A DNA stretch of 64,000 nt from sequence record MW349129.1; one strand, written 5' to 3'. Of the stretch, positions 39,790 to 49,332 are shown piece by piece; position 1 is the stretch's first letter, and each line of letters begins with the position of its first letter. The position numbers and the translations under genes are program-made. A model generated the notes under the pieces. It was not told the DNA's origin. It worked only from the letters and a program-made list of their open reading frames with translations, and searched no databases.

Positions 39790-39819
39790 ACCCTAACCTT
39801 ATTAATTTAAGGTTAGGGT
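39790..39819. terminator. bidirectional terminator, repeated palindrome family
   Basis: ACCCTAACCTTATTAATTTAAGGTTAGGGT between convergent genes. Confidence 0.8.
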
Positions 39820-39840
39820 ATTTTATATTATTTTTTTTTT

Positions 39841-40524
39841 TTATTGAACTATTTTATTTGGTTTAACTTCACTTTTCATTTTGATTTCAGTTTTAACTTT
39901 GTCAAGAACTTCCGATTCATATAAAGAAGGATCTTCTTCATATTTTTTAGTCATTTTCTTAACAGCGGCTAATTTATTTTCCAATGGTGCTTCTAATTCT
40001 ACTTGATTAAATAATCCTTCAAAATTACCGAAAACAAATTCTTCATTTAATGGAATAAACAGATCTCCATTATGTGCTAACTCATGGGCAGTATAAGATA
40101 AAGGCACAATTCCTATATTACCTTCAAAATGCATTTTAATAACATCTTCAGCTATTTTAAAACTTTCATATGATTTTTTATACTCATAATTAGTTTTAAG
40201 TTTTTCTCTATAGCTAGATACTATATCATATAAAGACAATGGGTAGTGGTGCATTTCCATAGTTAAACGCTTATCATCATTTATATCAACTTCTGGTATA
40301 AATTTACATTTAGTGAGGTCCATTTCAGTTTTCAAAGCTTTAATAAATGATTTGTATTCATATGAGCTTCTAACTATTTTTTCAATATATTTATTAAATG
40401 TCTCTTCAGACTTTATATCATCTTCATTATTATACATTTCAAATTTCTTTGTTTCATCTACATTTAATTCTACTGTTTCGATTAATTTTGGAAGGTCTTT
40501 TTTATCTACTTTTGGCATTTGCAT
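39841..40524 (-). CDS. protein with HNH-like (His-Me finger) motif
   Basis: C........MEMHH...GIVPLSYTAHELAH; late promoter. Confidence 0.45.
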   Translation of the reverse strand: MQMPKVDKKDLPKLIETVELNVDETKKFEMYNNEDDIKSEETFNKYIEKIVRSSYEYKSFIKALKTEMDLTKCKFIPEVDINDDKRLTMEMHHYPLSLYDIVSSYREKLKTNYEYKKSYESFKIAEDVIKMHFEGNIGIVPLSYTAHELAHNGDLFIPLNEEFVFGNFEGLFNQVELEAPLENKLAAVKKMTKKYEEDPSLYESEVLDKVKTEIKMKSEVKPNKIVQ

Positions 40525-40568
40525 AGATTTAATACCTTCTTTCTAATTTTCTTTTATCTATATTAGTA

Positions 40569-40580
40569 TAATTAAATGTT
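40569..40580 (-). promoter_or_regulatory. late promoter AACA-N6-TA
   Basis: AACA-TTTAAT-TA, 45 nt upstream of the 40524 start. Confidence 0.6.
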
Positions 40581-40618
40581 ATGAATATTTTTTAGTCTTT
40601 ATGCGTTTCATTTAAATT

Positions 40619-40636
40619 TTTAAATATATATTATAA
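40619..40636 (+). promoter_or_regulatory. early promoter motif
   Basis: TTTAAATATATATTATAA. Confidence 0.7.
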
Positions 40637-40698
40637 AAGTGAAGTACTAATTAGCTAATAGTATTTCATAAAAATTACACTAGGAGAGTGAATAGGAT

Positions 40699-42783
40699 AT
40701 GAGTAGAATAATACTAAAGAAAAACAACTTATCAGAAGAAAATATCAGTTTAAAGGAGGTTAAACGTTGGTTTAAGAAAGCAATAGATGTTAATCAACCA
40801 TCTAAAATGGTAAATGATAAAAATTATGTAAATAATGTAAATAATCTTTTTGATGGCGTTATTAATATTATGAAAGAAAATAAAATAACAGATACAATGT
40901 TTAGATTTATTTCAAATGATAGTAATGAAGATGCTAGAAATATTTTTATTATTTATTCAATTGATAGTATTCCTTTTGTTACTAGAGTATATGGACCAAA
41001 AATGAATCTTAAAGATAAAAATAGTGATATAAATGTAGATGCATTATTAAAATTTATTAAATCAAGTATCATTGACAATTTAATGATTTACAAATTTTAT
41101 AAAACTACAGATTTTAGTTTCCATAAAAAACTAAGTAGTTTCGGTAATTATGAAAGAAATACATTATATGATTTAATTGCTGAAATTAATAAAGATGCTA
41201 TTATTGCAGCATATAAAGAACTAAGTGTGGATAACTTAGGTAGTTACTTAATTTCATTAGACAATGAGGAACTACTAAATAAATCTTATGATGCAATTAA
41301 TTATTTTGATTTACTAATGGATGCTAATATAAATGTTAGAAGTAAAGAAGGTAAATTGATTCAAAAGATTGACAGAAATGATATATTTTCAAATAGAACA
41401 TATTCTGAAGTGTTTACATTTAGTCAACGTTCAGATTATTATTTCGCTAGTAATCCATTATTCAATATTCCAAAAGTAAGTGATGTAAGGGATGATACTA
41501 GAGTAGATTTATTTATATGTACAAATGGAAAAGAACAAAAAATAAGAGATACAAGTGTCTTAACTAGAGAAAATTTATATTTCAATCCATTTAGACAACG
41601 ATTCTTGTCAGTTAGCTATGAACATCCTATTAGAGAGACATTGATATATGATTTATTCTTAAGTTTCTTCGGTATAGAAAATATTGAAAATACTTTAAAG
41701 AGATTTACATTTGAACTTCTTCAAGGTGTTTATTCAGGAATATATTCTAAAGGGAATGTTAATGAAGTTACTTCAAAATCATATTTATTAAATTCAGAAA
41801 ATAAACGTGGATATACTAAGAAGAAGAAAAATGAGTATCCATTAAAAATGAATATATTAGAAGCATCAAGCACTAGTACTCATATAGTAGGATATACTTT
41901 ATTCAATAACTTCTTATTTGAATATATACAGTCAAGTAATAAAACTATAAAACTTGATGATTTTAATGTTATAAAATTAATGAAATTCATTACTTTTGAA
42001 AATAATAACACTGATTTTAATGAAGATATTAAAAATGTCTTTACGTCAAGAAAAGATATATTTAATGGTAATAAACGTATTAATACATCTTCGCATAGAT
42101 ATACAAATCTAAAACTAGGTTTAGAATCTTCATTAAATACAATATTTAATGAGGATAAAAATTATATTGATGCATTTACTAATCAATATCAAAATATAAT
42201 TGAAGGAAAACATGCATTTTCTAAACCTGAAAAAGAAAGTATTATTGAAATCAATAATGAAGATGAATTAAAAGAAATGCAGGAAGAAATCAAATCAAAA
42301 GATTCTAATATAGAATATGTAGAAGAAACTAAAGAAGAAACTAAAAATGATAAAAAAGAGGAGAAATTAAATATGTCATATCAAATTATTAAAGAAAATA
42401 AGTTTACTAAGGATGTATCATTTAAATATGCAGGTTCTACACATAGAATTGATAAAATTCGTAAAGGGGATATTGAATTAGAAATTGCTAAACGTAAATT
42501 ATTCATTAATAAATTAATTAATGATAATACTAAATTTTCTTTCGTAGATAGCGTAGAGTTCTCGGATAGTCATACTATTAAAGTTACTAATATTGATGGT
42601 GAAGTTCAATTTGTTAGTGATTATGTTGATGTTCTTGAAGGAACAGATACTTTAGAAGACATTAGAATTAAAGTTACTAATAAAGATTTAGATAGTGATG
42701 AAAATTTAGTTAAATTAATTACTGGTGAAGAAACTGATATTAATTCTTTAGATGAAGAAATCTTAGATTCATTTATGGTTTAA
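40699..42783 (+). CDS. large early hypothetical protein
   Basis: 694 aa, AGGAG SD and early promoter; no motif recognised. Confidence 0.75.
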   Translation: MSRIILKKNNLSEENISLKEVKRWFKKAIDVNQPSKMVNDKNYVNNVNNLFDGVINIMKENKITDTMFRFISNDSNEDARNIFIIYSIDSIPFVTRVYGPKMNLKDKNSDINVDALLKFIKSSIIDNLMIYKFYKTTDFSFHKKLSSFGNYERNTLYDLIAEINKDAIIAAYKELSVDNLGSYLISLDNEELLNKSYDAINYFDLLMDANINVRSKEGKLIQKIDRNDIFSNRTYSEVFTFSQRSDYYFASNPLFNIPKVSDVRDDTRVDLFICTNGKEQKIRDTSVLTRENLYFNPFRQRFLSVSYEHPIRETLIYDLFLSFFGIENIENTLKRFTFELLQGVYSGIYSKGNVNEVTSKSYLLNSENKRGYTKKKKNEYPLKMNILEASSTSTHIVGYTLFNNFLFEYIQSSNKTIKLDDFNVIKLMKFITFENNNTDFNEDIKNVFTSRKDIFNGNKRINTSSHRYTNLKLGLESSLNTIFNEDKNYIDAFTNQYQNIIEGKHAFSKPEKESIIEINNEDELKEMQEEIKSKDSNIEYVEETKEETKNDKKEEKLNMSYQIIKENKFTKDVSFKYAGSTHRIDKIRKGDIELEIAKRKLFINKLINDNTKFSFVDSVEFSDSHTIKVTNIDGEVQFVSDYVDVLEGTDTLEDIRIKVTNKDLDSDENLVKLITGEETDINSLDEEILDSFMV

Positions 42784-42827
42784 TAAAATTAACAAATGCT
42801 AAAAACTTTTTAATTATCTATTAAAAT

Positions 42828-42851
42828 GAAGAGAGTTTAAATACTCTCTTC
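42828..42851 (+). terminator. intrinsic terminator
   Basis: GAAGAGAGT-ttaaat-ACTCTCTTC followed by a T-run. Confidence 0.75.
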
Positions 42852-42890
42852 TTTATTTTTTTTTTATAACTTTTAGGGACGTGTATAAGA

Positions 42891-43502
42891 TTGATAGACT
42901 TTAAAAAAATGCTTAAAGAGAATGCTAGGAACATAGAAATTTATTGTGATGGAGCAATAAAAGGTGTTAAATCTAAAGGAACTAAATATGGAGGTTTAGG
43001 TATTATCCCTGTTGAAGATAATATATTCGATTATTTATCTATACCATATATAGGAGAAGATTTAACTAATAATAAATTAGAAATACTATCAGTACTATTT
43101 TCAATAATGTTTGCTATGGATTCTTGTAATCATAAAGGTAAAATTAATATTAATATAAAATCAGACAGTCAATATGTAGTTAATAGTTACAATAAATATA
43201 TTGATAATTGGATTGAAAATGGATGGAAAACTAATTCTGGATCAGATGTTAAAAATATAGAATTATGGGAATTAATGAATAGAATTAAATCTTATGTAAA
43301 TAGAAATAGATATAAATATTATATTGATGTTCAATGGACTAAAGGACATAGTAATGAAAAATATAATGATTTAGCTGATGAATATGCAGTAAAAGCTAAA
43401 ATGGAAGCTATAGAAAATAATGACAGTGCTTTTTCTATAGATTATGCTATTGATAAAGCTAATAAATTTATAACTAAATTAGAAAAGAAAGAGGTATTGT
43501 AA
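42891..43502 (+). CDS. rnhA: ribonuclease HI
   Basis: IYCDGA, TNNKLEI, SDSQYVVN, W..NGWK..SG..VKN.ELW and WTKGHS..YNDLADEYA. Confidence 0.92.
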   Translation: MIDFKKMLKENARNIEIYCDGAIKGVKSKGTKYGGLGIIPVEDNIFDYLSIPYIGEDLTNNKLEILSVLFSIMFAMDSCNHKGKININIKSDSQYVVNSYNKYIDNWIENGWKTNSGSDVKNIELWELMNRIKSYVNRNRYKYYIDVQWTKGHSNEKYNDLADEYAVKAKMEAIENNDSAFSIDYAIDKANKFITKLEKKEVL

Positions 43503-44057
43503 ATGGCAACTAAAATAGATTTTAATAATGAAGACGATTATAATGATGTATTAAATATAAATGATTGGAATAGACTATGTATGGACTTCTGTATTAGATC
43601 TGCTAGTATTAGTAAATGTGCTGCTAAACAAGTCAGTTCAATTGTAGCTGATAAAGATTCTATATTTTCTCTTGGAGTAAATGGTTCTTTTCCGGGTAAA
43701 CTAAATTGTAATGAAATATTTAAAAAAGAAGATGGAATTTGGTATGTAAAAGATCTTAATGAAGAAACTAATTTAATTGAATGGGTTAAATGTGAAGATC
43801 AAGAACAGCATCATAAATGGTCTTTATTAAATGAAGTTCATGCTGAAATAAATGCTTTATCTAAAATGAATAAAAAAGGTATTTCTACTGAAGGGTTAGA
43901 TTTATATTGTACTCACTCACCATGTTATAATTGTGCTAAAAGTATAATTGCTGCTGGAATTAAAAATGTTTATTTTAATGAATTATATGATGGTTATGAA
44001 GATGTTATGGAATTATTAGTTTCAAATAATGTTAACTTCATTAAAGTGGAGGTCTAG
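43503..44057 (+). CDS. dCMP deaminase
   Basis: S.C..KQV, GVNG, HAEINAL and THSPCYNCAK zinc-deaminase motifs. Confidence 0.92.
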   Translation: MATKIDFNNEDDYNDVLNINDWNRLCMDFCIRSASISKCAAKQVSSIVADKDSIFSLGVNGSFPGKLNCNEIFKKEDGIWYVKDLNEETNLIEWVKCEDQEQHHKWSLLNEVHAEINALSKMNKKGISTEGLDLYCTHSPCYNCAKSIIAAGIKNVYFNELYDGYEDVMELLVSNNVNFIKVEV

Positions 44058-44061
44058 AATT

Positions 44062-44241
44062 ATGTCTTGGTTACCTCTATCAATATTTATATTTATAGGA
44101 ATATTACTTATTTTATCAACAAATGAAACAAAAAGAATGGTAAGAACTGAAAAATTGAAAGAAGAAAAAGATTATTTAAAAAGACAAAGATTTAACAATT
44201 TAAGGAACAGCCAAAGAAAGCGAGGAAAAAGTAGATGTTAG
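44062..44241 (+). CDS. small membrane protein
   Basis: ATG 44062 follows GGAGGT and is a better start than the track's 44029; hydrophobic N-terminus, basic tail. Confidence 0.6.
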   Translation: MSWLPLSIFIFIGILLILSTNETKRMVRTEKLKEEKDYLKRQRFNNLRNSQRKRGKSRC

Positions 44242-44726
44242 ATAATGTAATTATACTTAGTGTTTTATCTATAGCATTCTTTTTAACTACTTTAACATTT
44301 ATATTTTTAACAATTCATTTTAGAAAAGAATTAGTTAAAAATATTAAAATGAATAAAAATTATAGAGATAAAATAGCTATTTTAGAAAAGCAAACAACTG
44401 GAAAAGATGTATTAGATTCATTAAATTCTATGATCGATGATTTTTTAAAACCGACTTATGATTTAACTATAGAAGAAACATACATGGATTTAAAATTAGA
44501 CAATCCTTTAGTTTCAAATAGAAATATAACTATATCTGAACAAAGGAAAAATGTTATACTTGAAGATGTATTTGAAAAATTCATGAATTATCTATCTGAT
44601 GATTTTAAAAATAAATTATCTTTAATATATAAAGAAGATGAAATAGAAAATATGGTGCTAGATATAATGTACTATAAATTAACTGTATATATAAAAGAAC
44701 GTAACGAGTTACAAAAAAATTCTTAA
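44235..44726 (+). CDS. membrane-anchored hypothetical protein
   Basis: N-terminal TM segment VIILSVLSIAFFLTTLTFIFLTI. Confidence 0.7.
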   Translation: MLDNVIILSVLSIAFFLTTLTFIFLTIHFRKELVKNIKMNKNYRDKIAILEKQTTGKDVLDSLNSMIDDFLKPTYDLTIEETYMDLKLDNPLVSNRNITISEQRKNVILEDVFEKFMNYLSDDFKNKLSLIYKEDEIENMVLDIMYYKLTVYIKERNELQKNS

Positions 44727-44732
44727 AAATAT

Positions 44733-44762
44733 CCCCTAACCTTATTAATTTAAGGTTAGGGG
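44733..44762. terminator. bidirectional terminator, repeated palindrome family
   Basis: Identical 30-mer to 17076-17105. Confidence 0.8.
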
Positions 44763-44782
44763 TTTATATTATTTTTTTTTTT

Positions 44783-45550
44783 TTATAATAAAACATTTAT
44801 TAAATCTGTCAAAAATCTCAATTGATTTTTATAAGACAAATCTTCAATTCTTACTTCTTCATTAATATCATCTTCAATATACATTTCCAACGTATCCATC
44901 TCAATGATATATTTATCTTCAATTATATCTTTATAATAACCAGAAGTTAAATTATAATTAATCATATTATCTTTAAATAATAGAAGTTTCTTATACAGAT
45001 CCATTTTATCTTTCTTTTTATCTTCCCAGAGACACTCTATTAAAAATTTAAACATATAATCAGTATGATGTTCTTTAACACCATTTTGATAACCTTTTAC
45101 GTCTATTTTATTTTGATATAAGTTTATATAGTGTTCTTTACCTAATATATTTATATAATTATCATACTCTTCACTTTCAGCAAATCTAACATGTTTTGAT
45201 ATCTTTAAATTATTACATTTTTTACCAATAACAAATATAGCATCTTTTTTAATACTTAAAATGTCACTATCTTTAAGATTATTATTCTCTATAAAAATCT
45301 TTCTAGCTATTTTAAAACCATCCATTAATGCTTTATTCATATCTTTATTATTCTTTAACATCTTGCCGATAATAACATTTCTTTCGTATTTTTGAGTATT
45401 TCGTAATTTATTATATTGTTCTTCATTAAGATAACCTGAATCATATAATATATTCATACCAGCTGATTTAATATCATATTCAGTAATTACAGTATCTTTA
45501 ATATATCTTACGTCTGATGTGTAATTAGTTTTCATGTATAAATTAGACAC
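44783..45550 (-). CDS. small protein with DNA-polymerase-palm-like motifs
   Basis: ITEYDIKSAG resembles motif A and ILSIKKDAIFV resembles motif C. The function is inferred. Confidence 0.4.
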   Translation of the reverse strand: MSNLYMKTNYTSDVRYIKDTVITEYDIKSAGMNILYDSGYLNEEQYNKLRNTQKYERNVIIGKMLKNNKDMNKALMDGFKIARKIFIENNNLKDSDILSIKKDAIFVIGKKCNNLKISKHVRFAESEEYDNYINILGKEHYINLYQNKIDVKGYQNGVKEHHTDYMFKFLIECLWEDKKKDKMDLYKKLLLFKDNMINYNLTSGYYKDIIEDKYIIEMDTLEMYIEDDINEEVRIEDLSYKNQLRFLTDLINVLL

Positions 45551-45621
45551 TGCAATTACCTCCTCTATAATATTTTAATAAACCAATTACTATTTAAAAA
45601 TACATTAGCTAAGCAATTCAT

Positions 45622-45756
45622 TTATAATCCTCCTATATAATCATCGCCAGCCTCTTTACTAATTTCATATTCTCTCTCAATATCTTCTTCTGATTTGCCT
45701 TGTAATCCTTCTGCAACTTCACCATATTCATCTAATAAAAAATCTAAAAATCCCAT
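45622..45756 (-). CDS. small acidic protein (44 aa, MGFLDFLLDEYGEVAEG...)
   Basis: Read by hand; strong GAGGAGG SD. Not in the ORF track. Confidence 0.65.
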   Translation of the reverse strand: MGFLDFLLDEYGEVAEGLQGKSEEDIEREYEISKEAGDDYIGGL

Positions 45757-45835
45757 TATAAAACCTCCTCAAAATAGTAATCTAATTATCTTCGTAATCT
45801 GTAACTTCTTGTCCTTCGCCTTCTTTTATAATATT

Positions 45836-46396
45836 TTAATTCTTAACAAAGTTATGTTTCATCAATGTCTTAATAAATTCTTTATTAGTTAACCAATCTC
45901 CAGTATTATTAACTACTTCAAGATCAGTTACTTCATCTAAATCTTTCTTTTCTTTCTCTAAATCTTCTTTATTTCTTCCTTCACGTTTAACTTGATTCTT
46001 TTCGTTAATTACCTGAATAGTAATAATGTCAGAATCTTCACCATATTTCTCTTTAATATCTCTTACAGAAGCATCTCTACCTTCTCTATTTACAATAATA
46101 ATATTTACATTATAAATACCATTTTGTGGATATTCTAAACTTTGATCAATTGTACCGTAATAATTTTCATAGAAATTAGTCTTAGCTATTAAATTACCTT
46201 TCATATCATCATATTCTTCTTTATTTAAGAATACATAATCTACTCCATTTGTTTCATCTTCTCTTTGTTGTCTAGTAGTCACTTGATCTAATTTTTTAAA
46301 GAATAAATGCGGATATTCCTTTTGATCTGATAAATTATTTGCTAATACAGTTTTTCCTGTACCTGACACGCCACATAATAAGATAAATTTTTTCAT
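45836..46396 (-). CDS. guanylate-kinase-like NMP kinase
   Basis: P-loop GVSGTGKT, TTR..RE.E.NGVDY.F and YYGT. Confidence 0.82.
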   Translation of the reverse strand: MKKFILLCGVSGTGKTVLANNLSDQKEYPHLFFKKLDQVTTRQQREDETNGVDYVFLNKEEYDDMKGNLIAKTNFYENYYGTIDQSLEYPQNGIYNVNIIIVNREGRDASVRDIKEKYGEDSDIITIQVINEKNQVKREGRNKEDLEKEKKDLDEVTDLEVVNNTGDWLTNKEFIKTLMKHNFVKN

Positions 46397-46472
46397 AACT
46401 AGAAACGACCTCCAAATTTTATTATCTAATATTATTTGGTTTTCTATATTTTTTAGAAAAATTCGTTATAAA

Positions 46473-47204
46473 TTATGATTTAATTCCGTCAGATTCTCTT
46501 AATTTATCAATCAATTCTATAAATTCATTGTATTTCTTATCTACAATTTTAATGTAATTATATTGAGAATTAGAAGCAACTTCATCTTTTTTCTTTTCTT
46601 TTAATTCATCACGTTTTTGATAGTGATTATTTTTACCTTTAATTTCTATTAATAAATTAAAATCAGGAAGATAAAAATCAGGCATGTAGAAATGTTTCTT
46701 ATTAGCAAATGTATAAGGAATAGCTATATTAGAAGGAGATAATACATTATTAGATTTAAAATCCATCTGTTTATCTAAGAATTCTAAGAAATCCTTTTCA
46801 TAAGATCCAACATATTGAGTAGGTAGACCTTTACCGGAACTCCAATGATATTTACCTGAAATTTTTCTATTTTCTAACATTTTATTTTGCATTTCAGGAT
46901 CATTTAATAAAGTAGTCTTACCGTATTTTTTATTCATTCTATCTTTAAATTGTTGTCTATATTTATCTTTACATATTTTATCATGTACACGTTCGTACTT
47001 TTCAGTTTGTTCATTGAATTTAGTAGGTTTACCACATATAATGCACGTACCATGAGTTTTCTTATTTCTGAAATTAAAATATATATTAGCTGCGGATAAA
47101 TCACCTAATTCTTTTTCATGAAATTTCTCCATATGATTATAAAGACCTTTTTTATCTACATATTTCTTTGTACAGAATGGGCATTTATGATATTTTGTAG
47201 CCAT
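46473..47204 (-). CDS. C2H2 zinc finger plus TnsA/T4 gp4-like PD-(D/E)xK nuclease (head-completion-like)
   Basis: CPFC...Y.....L..H...H, CIICG, GSYEKDF and YMPDFYLPDFNLLIEIKG; late promoter. Confidence 0.65.
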   Translation of the reverse strand: MATKYHKCPFCTKKYVDKKGLYNHMEKFHEKELGDLSAANIYFNFRNKKTHGTCIICGKPTKFNEQTEKYERVHDKICKDKYRQQFKDRMNKKYGKTTLLNDPEMQNKMLENRKISGKYHWSSGKGLPTQYVGSYEKDFLEFLDKQMDFKSNNVLSPSNIAIPYTFANKKHFYMPDFYLPDFNLLIEIKGKNNHYQKRDELKEKKKDEVASNSQYNYIKIVDKKYNEFIELIDKLRESDGIKS

Positions 47205-47244
47205 TATTAATTTTCACCGTTCTTTCATTATCATTATTTAAGTA

Positions 47245-47256
47245 TAAATGCTTGTT
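47245..47256 (-). promoter_or_regulatory. late promoter AACA-N6-TA
   Basis: AACA-AGCATT-TA, 41 nt upstream of the 47204 start. Confidence 0.6.
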
Positions 47257-47383
47257 TCTATTGTTTTGTTATAAAAAATTAAGAACGCATTTATTTATAA
47301 ATATAATATTATATATTACATTAATTGAAAGTTGGTGATAGCTAATCGCTAATAAAAAGAAACATTTTAGAAATGAAATATTC

Positions 47384-47785
47384 ATGGCTCAAAATATTTA
47401 TAACCATCAGCATATGTTAGAAGATATGGAAGCTATGGGTCAAACAATTCAGAATTTAATTATAATGAAAAAAGGAACTTATCCTAATACTCCAAATTTA
47501 GGAGTAGGAATAGAAGATTATTTATTTGAAATACTAGATAACGAAACTATATCTGATATTACTAGTAATATTAATAATCAGATAAATCAATATATAGTAT
47601 CTTCTTCTGTTAATATAGATGTTAAAGTAATACAATTAAAAAATAGTAATGCAAATTTAAATAGTTTAAAAATTGATGTTACGCTATCAGATACAATTGA
47701 TATTTCTAATATACAAAGATTTTCTTATGTATTTGCAGCTAATATGTTAACTAGGAAAATGATAACTAAACTTGTTTTAAGTTAA
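47384..47785 (+). CDS. baseplate wedge protein, T4 gp25-like
   Basis: NLIIMKKGTYPNTPNLGVGIEDYLFE fits the gp25 pattern L.T..GE....P.FG..L..LFE. A possible ATC start lies at 47345. Confidence 0.75.
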   Translation: MAQNIYNHQHMLEDMEAMGQTIQNLIIMKKGTYPNTPNLGVGIEDYLFEILDNETISDITSNINNQINQYIVSSSVNIDVKVIQLKNSNANLNSLKIDVTLSDTIDISNIQRFSYVFAANMLTRKMITKLVLS

Positions 47786-47826
47786 GACTTCAAAAATAAA
47801 AAAGAAAAGAATGGAGAAATAAATAA

Positions 47827-49332
47827 ATGGTGAAAAAAGCAGATAACAATGAACTTAATGATTTTATGTCTGAAGAAGAATTAAATGAAGTTAGTCAAGG
47901 TTCTTCTAACAATGATGGGAAACAGGAACAAAAACAAAGTAATCAAAAACAACAAAATAATCAAGGTAATAAAAAGAAAAATAACAATCGTAGAAGAAAC
48001 AACAATAATAAACAGAATCAACAGAATAAGAAACAAAATCAAAATAACAAATCAGCAATTCCAACTCAAAGAAATAAAGATAATCAAACTATGATGAGTG
48101 CTAGTGTTGATAATGATAATCAACAAGAACAAGCTAAAACAGATCATATTAATTTAGATGGTCCTCAACCAGGCGAAGGTTTTGTTGATTATGAAAACTT
48201 AACTTCACATGGATTTGATGAAGGAAAATCAAATGAAGATACTTCTAGTATGACATTATCTGATTTTGAAGAACAACAAGAACAGAAAGCTAAAAAAGAC
48301 TTTGAAAATCAAAAAGCTATTAGTGAAATTGAAAGCATTAGTAGTGATGAAAGAGCTAGTCTATTAAATAATATTAATGTAGATTTAGACAATATTGAAA
48401 TTATTTCTGATATCGATTATGATATTGATAAAGAAAATACTAATTTCGTATTAAATAGTAAAGCAACTCATCAAGTTGTATTACCGCAATCAGCTTATAT
48501 TGCTCATATGGAAAGTTTACGTAACCAAGAGATTTTATCTATTGCTGAATCTATTGATGATGATTACAACGCAATGTTAAAACGTTACCAATTATACTTC
48601 CATAAAATGAACACGAATTCATTAGGAATTAATAATTTCCAAGATTTCGCTAGATTGACTTCTGTATATGATGTTAGTACTGTTGAATACGGATTATACA
48701 ATATTTCATTCCCTGGTGAAACTAAATTTGACATTAGATGTGGTAGCTGTAAAGCTGAATTAAAAGATGTTAAAGTTTCTAATGATCAATTAATGTCATT
48801 CAAAGATGAAGATGCTTTCGAACATGTTACTAAAAATGTTAAGAATATTACTAGCGTTGATGAAAATAAAGAACACTCATTAATCTATACGGAACAACGT
48901 ATTGCTTTAAAAGATTCTAAAATTATCTTTGAAATTGTAACACCTACTGTTGAAAAACACTTAAGAGTTTTAGGTAGTATCCATACAGATGGTTTAACTG
49001 AAGATGAATCAGAAAGATTTAAACAAAATGCTACAGCTTTAATGCATGTTAAAAATGTTTATATCCCTGACTTAAAAACACTTAAAGAAGGACAAAAACC
49101 TAAATTCCGTAAATTAGGTGAAGATAATATGAAAGATAAAATGCAAATTATTGAAAATCTTTCTATTCGTGATGGACATCAATTAACTGATGCTATTTAT
49201 GATCGTGTTAATAAACATGCCATTGAATACGCTATTAAAGGTGCAAGCTGTCCTAATTGTGGAGAAGATTTAGGTAAGATTGATATTGATATGAGCGAAA
49301 TGCTTTTTCGGGAAGCGCTGCATTTGGTTTAG
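47827..49332 (+). CDS. tail assembly chaperone / baseplate hub-type protein
   Basis: Disordered N/Q-rich N-terminus, CxxC pairs (RCGSC, CPNCG) and EIVTPTV motif; follows gp25; ends at a slippery T-run. Confidence 0.6.
   Translation: MVKKADNNELNDFMSEEELNEVSQGSSNNDGKQEQKQSNQKQQNNQGNKKKNNNRRRNNNNKQNQQNKKQNQNNKSAIPTQRNKDNQTMMSASVDNDNQQEQAKTDHINLDGPQPGEGFVDYENLTSHGFDEGKSNEDTSSMTLSDFEEQQEQKAKKDFENQKAISEIESISSDERASLLNNINVDLDNIEIISDIDYDIDKENTNFVLNSKATHQVVLPQSAYIAHMESLRNQEILSIAESIDDDYNAMLKRYQLYFHKMNTNSLGINNFQDFARLTSVYDVSTVEYGLYNISFPGETKFDIRCGSCKAELKDVKVSNDQLMSFKDEDAFEHVTKNVKNITSVDENKEHSLIYTEQRIALKDSKIIFEIVTPTVEKHLRVLGSIHTDGLTEDESERFKQNATALMHVKNVYIPDLKTLKEGQKPKFRKLGEDNMKDKMQIIENLSIRDGHQLTDAIYDRVNKHAIEYAIKGASCPNCGEDLGKIDIDMSEMLFREALHLV

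Noticed and set aside
17076-44762. CCCTAA/TTAGGG arms resembling the vertebrate telomere repeat
   Set aside because: Each is a single unit within a terminator stem, not a tandem array, so the resemblance is most likely coincidental.
44783-45550. Candidate for the missing C-terminal half of the split PolB
   Set aside because: It has its own motif-A-like segment and lacks motif B and the DTDS signature.
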